The translations under genes were made by a program, and so were the position numbers. From Coleofasciculus chthonoplastes F2-STO-03 (GTDB lineage: Bacteria; Cyanobacteriota; Cyanobacteriia; Cyanobacteriales; Coleofasciculaceae): DNA of 64,000 nt. Numbering within the stretch: the stretch's first letter is position 1; each line of letters begins with the position of its first letter. The stretch is taken from contig JAVJWO010000040.1 of the NCBI GenBank assembly GCA_040222015.1, positions 64,001 through 128,000 on the forward strand. Direction: 5' to 3'. The notes beneath the pieces were generated by a model. The model had not been told where the DNA came from, did no database searches, and saw only the letters and a program-made list of their open reading frames with translations. This document shows positions 63,245-64,000 of the stretch, piece after piece.

Positions 63245-64000
63245 ATGGCAGACTCCAGAATCCTTTACCTGGGGATCGATTTCGGTACATCTGGGGCACG
63301 GGCGATTGTGATTGACGCCACAGGTGCAGTTCAAGCCGAAGCGCAATATACCTTTGCGGCGACTCCCCTGGTTGAATTAACGGCAATTTGGCAAAGCACT
63401 CTGTATCGGCTAATTGAACAAATTCCGGCATCGATTCGACAGGATATTACTCGTATCGCCATTGATGGGACATCGGCAACGGTACTGCTATGCGATCGCC
63501 AAGGTACTCCAATCACTGAGCCACTTCTCTATAATGATGGGCGAGGGATAGACGTGATGGAACAATTACAGCAGATTGCTCCAGCTAATTCCGTCGTTCT
63601 CAGTGCTACCTCGAGTCTGGCGAAACTCTTGTGGTTGATTCACCATACACCAGGTAGTCTGGACAATTATTACTTCCTCCATCAAGCCGACTGGTTAGCC
63701 TTTTTATTACACGGTAAGCTCGGAATTAGCGACTATCACAATGCCTTAAAGCTGGGATATGACCCAGAAAAGCTAGAGTATCCCAGTTGGATGAAACAAC
63801 TCCCTCTCACACCAATATTACCCAAAGTCCTGGCTCCGGGAACGCCAGTTGGTGACGTCACTCCAGAGATTGCTTCCCGGTTAGGATTACACCCAGACTG
63901 CCAGGTTTGTACGGGTACAACAGATAGTATTGCTGCATTTCTCGCCAGTGGTGCAAAGAATCCCGGTGAAGCTGTAACCTCTCTGGGTTCTACATTAGTC
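63245..64000 (+). CDS. FGGY-family carbohydrate kinase (partial, runs off the window)
   Basis: Manual translation MADSRILYLGIDFGTSGARA...IDGTSATVL...LLYND...HQADWL...SDYHNALKLGYD...GTTDSIAAF...TSLGSTLV. Confidence 0.9.
   Translation, partial: MADSRILYLGIDFGTSGARAIVIDATGAVQAEAQYTFAATPLVELTAIWQSTLYRLIEQIPASIRQDITRIAIDGTSATVLLCDRQGTPITEPLLYNDGRGIDVMEQLQQIAPANSVVLSATSSLAKLLWLIHHTPGSLDNYYFLHQADWLAFLLHGKLGISDYHNALKLGYDPEKLEYPSWMKQLPLTPILPKVLAPGTPVGDVTPEIASRLGLHPDCQVCTGTTDSIAAFLASGAKNPGEAVTSLGSTLV

Overview
Chromosomal window from a cyanobacterium. The evidence is the abundant HIP1 octamer GCGATCGC plus ntcA, kaiABC and cruA-like genes. The heptamer tandem repeats and REP/MITE load suggest a filamentous Oscillatoriales-type genome (inference). 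Core genes (infC, bolA-grxD, fabI-ntcA, kaiABC, cystine lyase, FGGY kinase) surround an ~18 kb defence region at 13.6-31.7 kb, centred on a tRNA-Arg(CCG). Left of the tRNA is a divergent WYL regulator and an eroded type III-Dv-like CRISPR-Cas effector operon: Card1-like CARF nuclease, Cas7-Cas5-Cas11, Cas7-2x, Csx19 and Cas7-with-insertion. It has at least four deletions, one MITE insertion and traces of a former second csx19/cas7-ins pair, and no cas10 or array in the window. Right of the tRNA is an intact-looking type I RM operon carrying two antitoxins whose toxins were deleted, followed by a Panacea/SocA antitoxin paired with a MazF/PemK-like toxin that has a Cys/His insertion. Elsewhere the window has an IS200/IS605 tnpB element with both hairpin ends, an unannotated tnpA relic, tandem GH9 glucanases and a shredded PLP-enzyme operon. 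There are several MITE/REP families, some translated in frame inside genes, and several rearrangement junctions sit on HIP1 sites. All calls come from motif recognition by eye; no database searches were run.
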